Source: Candidatus Tayloriibacteriota bacterium (GTDB lineage: Bacteria > Patescibacteriota > Minisyncoccia > Phycocordibacterales > UBA6065). From it: a stretch of 64,000 nt of DNA. The first letter of the stretch is position 1, and each line of letters begins with the position of its first letter. The stretch is taken from positions 11,560 to 75,559 of the forward strand of contig JACRJQ010000005.1 of the NCBI GenBank assembly GCA_016215405.1, in the 5' to 3' direction. The translations under genes were made by a program, and so were the position numbers. Below the pieces are notes generated by a model, which was not told the DNA's origin, made no database searches, and worked only from the letters and a program-made list of their open reading frames with translations. Of the stretch, positions 37,343 to 47,467 are shown piece by piece.

Positions 37343-38263
37343 TTATTTAGCGTGGAGGTGGACGTAGATGTCCTCGAGGGCCTTTACGGCGTCTCCGGCG
37401 GCGATGTTGTTCTGATGGTAGAGGCCGTCGGTGCAATCGCCTGCGGCCCATATGCCCGACGTCGAGGTCGCTTGGGTGCGCGGGTCGACCATGATGCGCC
37501 CGAACGGGTCGAGGGCGACCGCCTCTTTCGCGAACGATGTCGTGGGGACGGAACCGATCTCTACGAAGATGCCCAAGACCGCGAGCTCTCGCGTCTCGCC
37601 CGAATCCTTGTCCTTATAGACGAGGGCGTTGGCGAATTTGCCGCCTTTGACCTCGACGGGGATCGCCCCGCGGAGAGCGTGCATCTTCGGGTTCGAGAGG
37701 ACTTTCTTTACGGTGACGGGATCGGCGCGGAATTCGTCGCTCCGGTTAAGGAGGGTCACCGACTTGCAATAGGCGAGGAGCTGGGCGGCCGATTCGAACG
37801 CCGCGTTTCCGCCGCCTATGACCGCGACGTCCTGGCCCGCGAACACCGGCCCGTCGCAGGAGGCACAATAGGTTATGCCCTTATGCTCGAACGCGTCCGC
37901 TCCGGGGACATCGAGCTTGCGGCGGGTCGATCCCGTCGCTATAAGGACGGTCTTCGCCTTGTACGAGCCTTTGTCGGTCGATATGTCGAATCCGTCTTCG
38001 GCTTTCGAGACGCCCTTCGCGAGCTCGCCCGCCTTTATATCGACTACGTCCGCGGCGTACGCCCTTAGGTGCGATTCGAGGGACTTCGCGAAGTCCGCGC
38101 CCGATATCTTTACCGTGCCTATCCAGTTCTCGATGCCTTCGGACACCGTCGATTGGCTCTCCCAGTCGCGGGTTATAAAGACCGTCTTAAGGCGCTTTCG
38201 GGACGCGTATACCCCTGCTGCTACTCCTGCAGGGCCTCCGCCGATGATCGCAAGGTCGTACAT
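37343..38263 (-). CDS. Thioredoxin reductase-like (TrxB/AhpF C-terminal) FAD/NAD(P) oxidoreductase
   Basis: IIGGGPAG, YCASCDG, IGGGN, AAGD. Confidence 0.9.
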   Translation of the reverse strand: MYDLAIIGGGPAGVAAGVYASRKRLKTVFITRDWESQSTVSEGIENWIGTVKISGADFAKSLESHLRAYAADVVDIKAGELAKGVSKAEDGFDISTDKGSYKAKTVLIATGSTRRKLDVPGADAFEHKGITYCASCDGPVFAGQDVAVIGGGNAAFESAAQLLAYCKSVTLLNRSDEFRADPVTVKKVLSNPKMHALRGAIPVEVKGGKFANALVYKDKDSGETRELAVLGIFVEIGSVPTTSFAKEAVALDPFGRIMVDPRTQATSTSGIWAAGDCTDGLYHQNNIAAGDAVKALEDIYVHLHAK

Positions 38264-38466
38264 AGTGGGATTAGTATAGCAGAGAAGGATGGGCGAGGTG
38301 CTCTAGACCTTTACGGGAAGATATTTTCTTTTAGCCGATCCACGCTTTCTTTCCTGCGGAACTCGCGCCGTCGCGCTTCGTTAATCCCAACGAAGTAAGC
38401 GGACGGGGTATCAGAGAGAAGAAGGAAAAAGCCGCGCCTTAAGGCGCGGCTTTCTCGGTATGGATA

Positions 38467-39645
38467 TTACTTTTTCCTCCTAAGGAAGGCCGGGACTGCG
38501 CCCCAGTCGTCATCATCTTGGGAGATGGTAGGGATCGCTGACTTCTTGTCCTCGAGAGGGGACGCCTTTGGCTCGGGCCTGTCTTCCTTTATTACAGGGG
38601 TCGCCACCGCATTGTGTATCTTGCCTTTTGTCTCCTCCTTTTCCGGAGCGGAGAAGAGGGACTTCGCCTTTGCGGCGTGGGTCGCAGGGCCGTCGCCGAA
38701 TCCGGTCGCTATCACGGTCACTTTGACCTCGCCCTTCTTGAGCTTCTCGTCGCGGACGGTACCGAAGATGACTTTCGCGTTAGGGTCTATCGACTCGGTG
38801 ATTATCTTCGCCGCGTCTTGGATCTCGAACATGGTGATATCGTCGCCTCCGGCGATAGAGAAGAGGACGCCCTTCGCTCCCGCGATAGAGATGTCGAGGA
38901 GGGGCGAGGAGATAGCCATCTTCGCCGCGTCCTCTGCGCGCTTCTCGCCTGAGCCTACGCCGATGCCCATGAGGGCAGGACCCGCATTCTCCATGATGGC
39001 GCGGATGTCGGCGAAGTCGATATTGATGATGCCGGGGGTGGTGATGAGGTCAGAGATGCCTTCGACCGCCTGCTTTAAGACCTCGTCGCACATGGCGAAG
39101 GCGGCCTTCGCGGTCGTGTTCCTGTCGATGTTCGAAAGGAGCCTGTCGTTAGGAATTATGATGATGGCGTCGACTTCCTTCCTGAGGTTCTCGAGAGCTT
39201 GCTCCGCGATCTTCATGCGCTGCGCGCCTTCGAAGAAGAAGGGCTTTGTGACGACGGCTACCGTGAGAGCGCCGAGCTCCTTCGCTGTCTTCGCCGCGAC
39301 CGGAGCCGCGCCGGATGCCGTGCCGCCGCCCATACCGCCCGCGACGAACACCATGTCGGAGCCTTTGACAGCCTCCTGAAGCTCTTCCTTGGTCTCTTCG
39401 ATCGCCCTTCTCCCGATGTCGGGGTTCATGCCCGCGCCGAGGCCTTTGGTGAGATTCTTGCCTATATGGATCTTCTTCTTGGCGAGGGAGTGGTGGAGGT
39501 CCTGAGCGTCCGTGTTGACCGCGATGAATTCGACTCCTTTGACCTTGGAGTTGATCATGTGGTTTATGGCGTTCTTGCCGGAGCCGCCGATACCGAGGAC
39601 CTTTATCCTCGCGAACGTCTCTACTTCCGGTACGATGTTTGGCAT
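38467..39645 (-). CDS. ftsZ: Cell division protein FtsZ
   Basis: NTDAQ, GLGAG, GMGGGT, INIDFAD, C-terminal VPAFLRR. Confidence 0.97.
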   Translation of the reverse strand: MPNIVPEVETFARIKVLGIGGSGKNAINHMINSKVKGVEFIAVNTDAQDLHHSLAKKKIHIGKNLTKGLGAGMNPDIGRRAIEETKEELQEAVKGSDMVFVAGGMGGGTASGAAPVAAKTAKELGALTVAVVTKPFFFEGAQRMKIAEQALENLRKEVDAIIIIPNDRLLSNIDRNTTAKAAFAMCDEVLKQAVEGISDLITTPGIINIDFADIRAIMENAGPALMGIGVGSGEKRAEDAAKMAISSPLLDISIAGAKGVLFSIAGGDDITMFEIQDAAKIITESIDPNAKVIFGTVRDEKLKKGEVKVTVIATGFGDGPATHAAKAKSLFSAPEKEETKGKIHNAVATPVIKEDRPEPKASPLEDKKSAIPTISQDDDDWGAVPAFLRRKK

Positions 39646-39795
39646 GAAATTAAAGGCTAAAAATGGTCGCGCGAGGGTAACTCGTTCGATTTGGTAAGGT
39701 GCGTACATGATACCAAAGAGCCCTCAAAATACAATAAGGCCCATATATCAGGCTCCAAACGGGGGGAAAGTCAAAAAGCCCCGCAGATGCGGGGT

Positions 39796-40971
39796 TTAAG
39801 GGAGGAATTGCTTGAACCAGCTTGCGATCTTCCTTATGGCCGTCGAGCCGCCTTTGGAGAGGCCTTGGTCGGCCGTGTCGTCGTTGCCGATGCCGAGGAT
39901 CGTGAGGCCGTAGGCGACGGACCACGATGCGTCCTTTATCCCGTCTTTGCCGGAAAGGCCCAAGGTCGCTATGCGGGAAGGGAGCTTGAGCGACGCCTTG
40001 GCGAGGTCGTCTATGGTCGCGAGGCCGGAGCCTCCGCCGGTAAGGATGATGCCCGCGGGGAGGAGGCCGTTGCGGTCTATCTTCTTGAGGTGAGCTTCGA
40101 TCAGGTCGAAGATGTCGGAGAGGCGGGCCGATATTATCTCGTCGAGCTTCTTTTTCGATATCTGCGCGTTCGAGAGCTGCCCGCGCTTGAGGCTCTCCGC
40201 CTCCTCGATAGGGAGTTTGAGGCCTAGGGCGATATCGTTCGTTATGTCGGTCGAGCCGATAGGGAACACCTCGAGCGAGACGGGCAGGTTGTTCTCGTAG
40301 ACGACTACCGATACGGTCTCTGCGCCGATGTTGGCGAGGAGGCAGCCTGCGACCTTCTGGTTCTTCGAAAGGCTGACCAGGGCAGCGGCGATAGGGGACG
40401 CGACGACGTCGAGGACTTCGATGCCGGCATCCGAGATGGCGTCGATTATATCGTCGAGGTGCTGAGAGAGGCAGGTGACGAAAAGGACCTTCGCTTCGAG
40501 CTTGTTGCCTTTCATCCCTTGCGGCCTCCCGAAGACGGGCTTGCCGTCGATCTTGTACGAGAGGGGCACGGTGTGGATGATGCGGCGATTGACCATCGAC
40601 GAGGAGGGGAGCGCGCGCTCCGCGGCGGAGACCGCCTTCTCTACGTCCATCTGCGACACCTCCGCGTCGCCTCGAGAGATGGCGACGGAGCCCGACGAAG
40701 CGACGCTCTGGAGGCTGATCCCTCCTATGGATATGAACGCCTTGCGGATCTTCGCGCCGGAGGCCTTCTCGGCCTGGGCGACCGCCTGCAAGACGGATTT
40801 GGTGACGTCGCGGGAGTTCACGATGTAGCCGTGGCGGAGGCCTTTCGATTCTGCGAAGCCCGCGCCTACGATACGAGGCATCGCGCGCGATTCGTCGGAG
40901 TCGCTTTCGGAAACGACGACTTTAACCTGGTAGGTCCCTATGTCTATTCCGGCTGCGATATGTTTTCTCAT
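39796..40971 (-). CDS. ftsA: Cell division protein FtsA
   Basis: GIDIGT, S.GLRHG.I, ITNDIA, ILTGGGS. Confidence 0.93.
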   Translation of the reverse strand: MRKHIAAGIDIGTYQVKVVVSESDSDESRAMPRIVGAGFAESKGLRHGYIVNSRDVTKSVLQAVAQAEKASGAKIRKAFISIGGISLQSVASSGSVAISRGDAEVSQMDVEKAVSAAERALPSSSMVNRRIIHTVPLSYKIDGKPVFGRPQGMKGNKLEAKVLFVTCLSQHLDDIIDAISDAGIEVLDVVASPIAAALVSLSKNQKVAGCLLANIGAETVSVVVYENNLPVSLEVFPIGSTDITNDIALGLKLPIEEAESLKRGQLSNAQISKKKLDEIISARLSDIFDLIEAHLKKIDRNGLLPAGIILTGGGSGLATIDDLAKASLKLPSRIATLGLSGKDGIKDASWSVAYGLTILGIGNDDTADQGLSKGGSTAIRKIASWFKQFLP

Positions 40972-40978
40972 GAGAAGT

Positions 40979-41362
40979 TTAGATGCCGAACTCCTTGCGG
41001 AATTTCGCCTCTGTTCTCTCCATTGTAGCGCCATGGTCCATTCCTTTCAAATGCGCGAGGCCGTGCACGAAAAGGAAGGCGACCATATTCGCGGGAGTCC
41101 GTCCGAAATCCTTGGCCTGTCTTTTCGCCTCGAAGGGGTTTATGAACATCTCTCCTTCGCTCTCGTTTAGGGGAAAGGAGAGGACGTTGGGGATGTAGTC
41201 CTTGCCCTTCGTGCGGATGCTTATCTCGCGCGACTCCTCGTCGCCTACGAAGACGAGCGAGAGCTCGTAGCCCTCTCCGAGCATACGGTCCTTGATACGG
41301 GCGAAAGGCACGCGAGGGAGCGTGCCTTTGGTCTTGTTTATCAAAGAGAAGTTTGAAGCCAC
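40979..41362 (-). CDS. ybeY: rRNA maturation RNase YbeY
   Basis: NVLSFP, HGLAHLKGMDH. Confidence 0.9.
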   Translation of the reverse strand: MASNFSLINKTKGTLPRVPFARIKDRMLGEGYELSLVFVGDEESREISIRTKGKDYIPNVLSFPLNESEGEMFINPFEAKRQAKDFGRTPANMVAFLFVHGLAHLKGMDHGATMERTEAKFRKEFGI

Positions 41363-41373
41363 TTTTCTAAGTC

Positions 41374-41436
41374 CGTCATCCTGAACCTGATTCAGGATCC
41401 AAATTCCTTGGATTCCGGATCGAGTCCGGAATGACA
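41374..41436. repeat. CGTC-type REP-like palindromic element
   Basis: CGTCATCCTGAACCTGATTCAGGATCC...GGATTCCGGATCGAGTCCGGAATGACA; nested hairpins with GTCAT/ATGAC ends. Confidence 0.7.
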
Positions 41437-41442
41437 GAGAGA

Positions 41443-41697
41443 TTATCGCTTGCCTCGGCCGCGAGGAAGGTCTGGGTTGATCTTTCCGAGCTTGATCTGC
41501 TCGTTGCGGTCTTCGCGTCGCTTGATCGATTCGAGGGTCTTTATCTTTCGCTTGTAGTGCGAGAGGGTCCTCTCGTGATAGCGCTCTCCGCGGACGCGCG
41601 GGAGTATGCCCGAGCCCTGGACTCGCTTGGTGAATCGGCGGAGGAGGCCCAATGGGTTCTCCGTTCCGTTTCGAGATACTTCTACGTTCGTTGCCAT
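41443..41697 (-). CDS. rpsU: 30S ribosomal protein S21-like
   Basis: VEV.R...E....LLRRFTKRVQ.SGIL...R; basic 84 aa protein. Confidence 0.75.
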   Translation of the reverse strand: MATNVEVSRNGTENPLGLLRRFTKRVQGSGILPRVRGERYHERTLSHYKRKIKTLESIKRREDRNEQIKLGKINPDLPRGRGKR

Positions 41698-41920
41698 TCT
41701 GAAATCTAAAAAATATTAATTTAAACCGTCCTTCCTGGTCCCGCGAGGCACCGAATCGGGGCCGTTTGCGATAAAACTTACGAGACTTGTAGACCGATAC
41801 ATTACCACAAGGGCCCTATTTATTCAAGAAACTGAAGCTTTCGGCCGGCATAGCCTATCTGAGCCATAAAAAAGGTCCCAGACTCGCGTCTGGGACCTCG
41901 AAAGGCGTTGGGGCCTTGAC

Positions 41921-42517
41921 CTACGACAAGCTCACGAATTCCCATCCGTCAGGCTCGATATCGTGCACGCAATCGAGCGGGAAGGCGTCGATCTGTGTCG
42001 TCGTGAAGCGCACGAAGCGGATATCGCCGCGGACGTCCCGTAGGAAACATGCGTAGCGGATCCGCATGTCGCAGATATCGTAGAACTTCTTGAAGGTCGC
42101 GAGCGCGGGGATCTTGTCCGCGCCGATCTCTTCAAGGATGCTCTCCGCATCGAGCTTCTTGCGGAGCTTGCGCAGCGCGAGCCGCTCCGCTCTGACCTCC
42201 TTTTCGACTATGCCGTTGAAGGCTTGGACGAAGAGGGGATTGAGCTTCGCGTGTCGGAACGTCTCTTCGCCGGGGGCGAATTTGAGCTCGAACAGGTTGA
42301 GCCCTTGGACAGGGACGATCCGCGGCGGCCCGAAGGTCGGGTCTCCGCAGAGCCCGCTCTCCATGACGCGCTGGAGCTTCGCCTTGAAGGCCTTGCGGGC
42401 CTCAGGGTCGTCCTTGATGACGTCCTGCACGTTTCGGAAATCCACTCCGCGGATCTCCTCGATGACTTCGCGGGCGATCCCGAGGACCGCCCACATCTGA
42501 CCGATTGACATCTCCAT
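41921..42517 (-). CDS. Hypothetical protein (orphan)
   Basis: ORF with its own promoter (42685-42713) and terminator (~41866-41898). Confidence 0.7.
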   Translation of the reverse strand: MEMSIGQMWAVLGIAREVIEEIRGVDFRNVQDVIKDDPEARKAFKAKLQRVMESGLCGDPTFGPPRIVPVQGLNLFELKFAPGEETFRHAKLNPLFVQAFNGIVEKEVRAERLALRKLRKKLDAESILEEIGADKIPALATFKKFYDICDMRIRYACFLRDVRGDIRFVRFTTTQIDAFPLDCVHDIEPDGWEFVSLS

Positions 42518-42684
42518 GGTGTATCTCGCGCCTCGTGTACGCCCGTATCAGGTGCCTCGCCTCACTGTGCGAGAGCTTCTCCTGAGGCCGGGGTTCGACA
42601 TGGCTGCGAAACAAAGGCGCCTATGCCGAGGATAGGGGGCTTTGTTTCGCAGCCATACGGGGTTATCAATGTGCCTACTTATAT

Positions 42685-42713
42685 ATTATACCATATATAT
42701 AACTTTAATTCAA
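42685..42713 (-). promoter_or_regulatory. Sigma70-type promoter
   Basis: TTGAAT-N17-TATAAT. Confidence 0.7.
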
Positions 42714-42772
42714 GTAACAGAGAGAGATGGGAAAAGGCCTGGCGCGCTTCGCGCGCCAGGCCTTTTTTCTCC

Positions 42773-44026
42773 CTAGACCCTGTACTTCTTCAACTTCGCC
42801 GCAGCTTCGGATATAAGGACCGTCTCTTGGGACCTTGTCTCGGCGTCGCGTACGATGATCGCGTTCTCCATCGCCTCCTTTTTGCCCATGATGACGACCG
42901 ACGGCGCTTGCATCTTCTCCGCCTGGCCGACCTGGCCCGCCATCTTGTCCTTCGCGAGGGAGTGGGCTACAGGGACCCGCGCCTTGCGCAGAGCCTCTAT
43001 GACCTTGAGGCTCTTGAGCTTCGCCTCGAAGCCGAGCTGCATGAAGCATATCTCCGGGTTCTGTATCTTCGCGATGGTCGATACCTTGAGATTCTCGCTC
43101 TTGACGGGCTTCTTGTTGAGGCAGATCGAGACGCCCACGGCAGGCAGCTCCTTCTTCTGGCCGAGCTTCTTCGCCAGCGCGTCGTAGCGGATGCCGATCG
43201 CGAGAGGGTGCGCCTTTGGATCGCTCGTGCGTATCTCGAATATGGTCTCGTCGCAATAGTCGCGGTTCGCGACGAGCGTGTTGTTTATGGAGTAGGGGAT
43301 CTCGAGGGTCTCGAGATATTCGAGCACCTCCTTGAAGTGCTGCCGAGACCTCTCGGAGAGGAAGTTTATGGAGCGCGGACATTCTCCGGCGAGCTTCTTG
43401 CAAGATTCATGCTCGCAGCCGAGAAGGGAGAACACGTCTTTCTTCATCGTCTCGCGGCACTTCTGCGGGAGGTTGGGGAGGTTCTTCTTGTAGTATGCCG
43501 CTATCTCGCGGGTGAACCTGGCGAGCGATTCCTTGTCGCCGATGGAGTTTATCTCCACATGCAGGTCCTTCTCGCCGGCGTCATCGAGCACGGCGAGGGA
43601 GGTCTGGATGAGGATCGCCTCGGCGATCGACTTGTTCGTGCCGATGATCTCGAGCCCGTAGTGGGACTCTTTCGGATTCGGCTTGCGCCTGTCTCCTACG
43701 AAAGGCTTCCTGTAGGCGAACATGAGGGGCTGGGAGAGCGTCCACATCTTCTCCTTCTCGTAGAGCCGCAGGAGAGCGATCTTTTCCTCGAGCCTCACAT
43801 GCGCGCCTTCGGCGTGCACGCTGCCGTCGACGACGATCTCGCCTTCGGATATCTTTCGAGCGTCCGCCGAATCGTCTGGGTGGATGTGAGGGAGGGCGAG
43901 AGGGGTGAAGCCGTAGAAGAGCGCGGCTTCGCCGACCTTGTCTACGTTCTCATAGGAGACGTATTTCGGCAGATCCATCCTCTTTCGCGCCTTCGCCCTT
44001 TTCTCCGCCTTTACTGCCTGTGACAT
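42773..44026 (-). CDS. Histidyl-tRNA synthetase-like protein with degenerate catalytic motifs
   Basis: YGF, GLEIIG, INSIGD, HFKEVLEYL, RYD; class IIa anticodon-binding C-terminus. Confidence 0.78.
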   Translation of the reverse strand: MSQAVKAEKRAKARKRMDLPKYVSYENVDKVGEAALFYGFTPLALPHIHPDDSADARKISEGEIVVDGSVHAEGAHVRLEEKIALLRLYEKEKMWTLSQPLMFAYRKPFVGDRRKPNPKESHYGLEIIGTNKSIAEAILIQTSLAVLDDAGEKDLHVEINSIGDKESLARFTREIAAYYKKNLPNLPQKCRETMKKDVFSLLGCEHESCKKLAGECPRSINFLSERSRQHFKEVLEYLETLEIPYSINNTLVANRDYCDETIFEIRTSDPKAHPLAIGIRYDALAKKLGQKKELPAVGVSICLNKKPVKSENLKVSTIAKIQNPEICFMQLGFEAKLKSLKVIEALRKARVPVAHSLAKDKMAGQVGQAEKMQAPSVVIMGKKEAMENAIIVRDAETRSQETVLISEAAAKLKKYRV

Positions 44027-44056
44027 ATCGGTTTGTTGAACGTTTATAAAAGGACC

Positions 44057-44656
44057 CTACTCCTTCGCTTCGACCGTGGTCGAAGCGACCTTTCCTGGCC
44101 AGAGGTCGAACCCTGAGAGGGGCAGGAGCCTCATGATGGGCCGGCCTACCACGTCGGATTTCGGCAAGGCGCCCCATACGCGCGAATCCGAGGAGACGAC
44201 GCGATTGTCGCCCATGACGAAATACTCGTCGTCCTCGAGGGTCTTCGTGAGGTCGCCGAAGGTGCGCGAGTGGATGTAAGGCTCGTTAAGGACGATGCCT
44301 TTCGGGTTATCGGCGTTCACGATCGTGACCTTGTCGTTCTTTACCACGACGGTCTCTCCGGGAAGGCCGATGAGCCTCTTTATGAAGTATTTCGAAGGGT
44401 CCTGCGGGTATTTGAATATGAGGACGTCACCGCGCTCTGGAGCCTTGAATCTGTAGGAGAGCTCGTCGACGATGAGGTATTCGCCGTCTGCGAAGGTCGT
44501 GTCCATGGAGGAGCCGTTCACGACGAACGGCTGCGCGACCCACATGCGGATCGGAAGGACGACGACGAGGGCGAGGATCGCGTAAGAGAGGAGCTCGCGG
44601 AAGAATCCGCTTTTCTTCGGCGTTTCGACGGTCGAGGTGGTTGGTGGGAGCTCCAT
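44057..44656 (-). CDS. lepB: Signal peptidase I
   Basis: GSSM, FIKRLIGLPGE, GDNR..SSDSR.WG. Confidence 0.95.
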   Translation of the reverse strand: MELPPTTSTVETPKKSGFFRELLSYAILALVVVLPIRMWVAQPFVVNGSSMDTTFADGEYLIVDELSYRFKAPERGDVLIFKYPQDPSKYFIKRLIGLPGETVVVKNDKVTIVNADNPKGIVLNEPYIHSRTFGDLTKTLEDDEYFVMGDNRVVSSDSRVWGALPKSDVVGRPIMRLLPLSGFDLWPGKVASTTVEAKE

Positions 44657-45025
44657 GTAAAGGGTTCGATTGGTGAGGATAGTATAGGGGCGAGGTGAGG
44701 GTTGACACAATAGAATTTAGGGTGTTCTGGTGATAATCAGGCCATTTGTCTCTGTATTGAAGAATGAAAGACAGTTTCTTTTAGCCGGTCCGCATTTTCT
44801 TCGCTCGAAGACGCAAGCGCCCTCGAAGACTCGGGTTCCATTCTCGCAAAGAAGAATGCGGACTCGGCGGCGGGGTTAAGAGAAGAGGAAGAAAGCCCTG
44901 TTTCAGCGAAGCTGAAACAGGGCTTTCTTGGGCCATTCTGAACACCTCAACCGGTTGAGGTGTTCAGGCTCGGCTAGGGCCTAGAGTCTATCTTGCTATC
45001 CTGCTTTCTTGCTATACTCATCGTC

Positions 45026-45664
45026 ATGATAATCATAGGACTCGGAAATCCTGGGGCGGAGTATGAGGGCACGCGGCATAACGCGGGCCGCGAGGCTGTC
45101 ATGAAGTTCGCGAAGAAGGCAGGCTTCGACGGATTCGAGTTCGACAAGAAGGCGCAGGCGTTGGTATCCGTTGGAAAGGTGGGGAAGACGAAGGCGACTC
45201 TTGTCCTTCCCGAGACCTTCATGAACAAGTCGGGGGCTTCGGCGGGCAAATTTGCGAAGGGCGCCAAGAAGATCAAAGACCCTTCGACCGGCAAATCGAT
45301 CAAAGCGTTCCCGGAGGTCATCGTCGTCCATGACGACCTCGACATCCCTTTGGGCAAGGCGAAGATGTCGTGGAACAAGAGCGCCGGCGGGCACAAGGGC
45401 GTGCAATCGGTCCTCAAGGCTTTAGGCACCGAGGCGGTCTTCCGCATTCGGATCGGCATAACTCCGGCCAAGGCATCGGGAGAGCTCAAGAAGCCTGACC
45501 ACGATACGATAACCGAGAACTTCATAGTCGCGGGATTCAAAGAGAAGGAGGCGCAAGAGCTCTCGAAGGTGACCAAGAAGGTCGTCGATTGCCTCGAGAT
45601 GGCCATCTCCGATTCTCCAGAGCGGGCGATGAGTGAGTACAACGCAGTATTCAGCAACCTATAG
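45026..45664 (+). CDS. pth: Peptidyl-tRNA hydrolase
   Basis: IGLGNPG, TRHNAG, TFMN.SG, HDDLD, GGHKG. Confidence 0.95.
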   Translation: MIIIGLGNPGAEYEGTRHNAGREAVMKFAKKAGFDGFEFDKKAQALVSVGKVGKTKATLVLPETFMNKSGASAGKFAKGAKKIKDPSTGKSIKAFPEVIVVHDDLDIPLGKAKMSWNKSAGGHKGVQSVLKALGTEAVFRIRIGITPAKASGELKKPDHDTITENFIVAGFKEKEAQELSKVTKKVVDCLEMAISDSPERAMSEYNAVFSNL

Positions 45665-45985
45665 CTGATCGCGAGCGGGGTTTTACCGAGGCGAAACCTC
45701 GGTACAACGATAAAAAAGCGGCGCCCTGGCGGGGTGGGCGCCGCTTCGTCGGAGCTTGGAAAGATCTGGGGAGAAGGGCGGGCGGCGATCGGCTCCCAGC
45801 TTGGGACCTGTCGCGTTCGGCCGCCCGCCCTCTCCGCTATGCATGTCCGGTTGTCTGCCGCTATCACATGCGAAGGGGAGCGACCCCTTCCGGCTTTAAT
45901 ACGCGCCCTGAGGCGAAAATCGCTCAAGAGAAAGCCCCGAGCCTTACGGCTCGGGGCTTTCTCTTATCTGAGGCTTCGCTTTCGC

Positions 45986-47113
45986 TTACGCCTTCTTCTC
46001 TCCCGCGAACGAGAGGGTCATCTTCTGGTTCGTCGCGTCGAAGAGGGTTATCTTGAACGGATACACCTTTCCGAGCTCGAGGTGGCTTCGGAGCTTCTCG
46101 TCTGAGCCGAACTCAGAGACATGGACGAGGCCGGCGACGCCTTCTTCGATAGAGGCGAGCGCGCCGTGGCGGTTGAACTTGATGATCACGCCCTTGACCT
46201 GCATGTCCTTCTTGTACTTCTTCGCCGCGTCTGCCCATGGGTTAGGCTTGAGGGCCTTGATCGAGAGGGAGACCTTGCCTTCCTTGACCTCGATGACCTT
46301 CACGCGGACCTTGTCGCCCACCTTAAAGCGGGTCTTTGGATCTTCTACGAGCGCCCAGTCGATCTCGGATATATGGACGAGCCCTTCGAGCCCTTCGTCG
46401 ATCTTGACGAAGACGCCGAAGTCGACCATTCCGGTGACCTTGCCCTCGATCTCGTCTCCGACCTTGAACTTAGCGACCGCGGTCGCCTTGTCCTTGCCCT
46501 CTACGGGGTTCTTCTCGGAGAAGATAAGCTTGCCCTCCTTAGGGAACGCGCCGATGATCGATACGGAGAGCTTGGTGCCGACGAGCTTCTTGAGCTCTTC
46601 GAGGATGCGGTCCTTATCGCCGTCCTGCACGCGTGGGTAGTGCTCGGGCTTGAGCTGGGAAGCAGGGAGGAAGCCCTGGATGCCCTGCCACTCGATGATG
46701 AGGCCGCCCTTGTTCGCTTCTTTGATAGGGAGCTCGAGGACGCGCTTCTCAGCGATGGCCTGCTCTGCCTCCGTCCATATGAGGGCCTGGCGAGCCTCCT
46801 TGAGGGAGAGCTCGATGTAGCCTTCTTTGTTTGAAGGGTCGACGATCTTCGCCGAGACCTTGTCGCCGATGTTTATCTTCTTTATGACGTCGCGCGCGAG
46901 GATATACTCGCGGCCGAATATGATGCCGGTTCCGAACGGAGGAAGGTCGACGAATACGCCCTTCTTGTCGATCGCGATGACGGAGCCCTCGATGAGGTCT
47001 CCTGCCGACGGCGGGGTAGGGATAGAAGCCGAGAGCTTGCCCATGAGGGTGTTAGCCTTCGCTTCCATCTCAGGCGTCGTCTTTACCGCCTTCTTTGCTG
47101 TTTCTGGTGACAT
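45986..47113 (-). CDS. rpsA: 30S ribosomal protein S1 (4 S1 domains)
   Basis: NKGGL, GFLPASQ, DFGVFV, GLVHISE repeats. Confidence 0.92.
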   Translation of the reverse strand: MSPETAKKAVKTTPEMEAKANTLMGKLSASIPTPPSAGDLIEGSVIAIDKKGVFVDLPPFGTGIIFGREYILARDVIKKINIGDKVSAKIVDPSNKEGYIELSLKEARQALIWTEAEQAIAEKRVLELPIKEANKGGLIIEWQGIQGFLPASQLKPEHYPRVQDGDKDRILEELKKLVGTKLSVSIIGAFPKEGKLIFSEKNPVEGKDKATAVAKFKVGDEIEGKVTGMVDFGVFVKIDEGLEGLVHISEIDWALVEDPKTRFKVGDKVRVKVIEVKEGKVSLSIKALKPNPWADAAKKYKKDMQVKGVIIKFNRHGALASIEEGVAGLVHVSEFGSDEKLRSHLELGKVYPFKITLFDATNQKMTLSFAGEKKA

Positions 47114-47467
47114 GAAATGAAAAAAGCCCGAAATTTCTTTTTGCGCAGTTTCTCGTGCCGTTGGCCTGCAAAAAGGGTTAATTTCAAGGGTGATTTTCCT
47201 TGTAAATACCGGTCAAACGGTGGTTTGGGCCGGTCAGGAGATACTATCACACATTAACTAAGTTTCAACTTATCTGAGGTATCCCAGGGATAGTCTTCTA
47301 TTTTAGTCCTTTTCCTTGGCGAGCACAGGTAATCCGCCCGAAGCGGATCCCTTTCAGCTCGCGCCGTCGCGCTCCGCTAATCTCGCCAAGGGAAATGGAC
47401 GGGGTTTGAAGACGGGAAATAACGAGGGCCGGTTCGCGAAAGCGAACCGGCCCCGCAGCAGTCAAGG

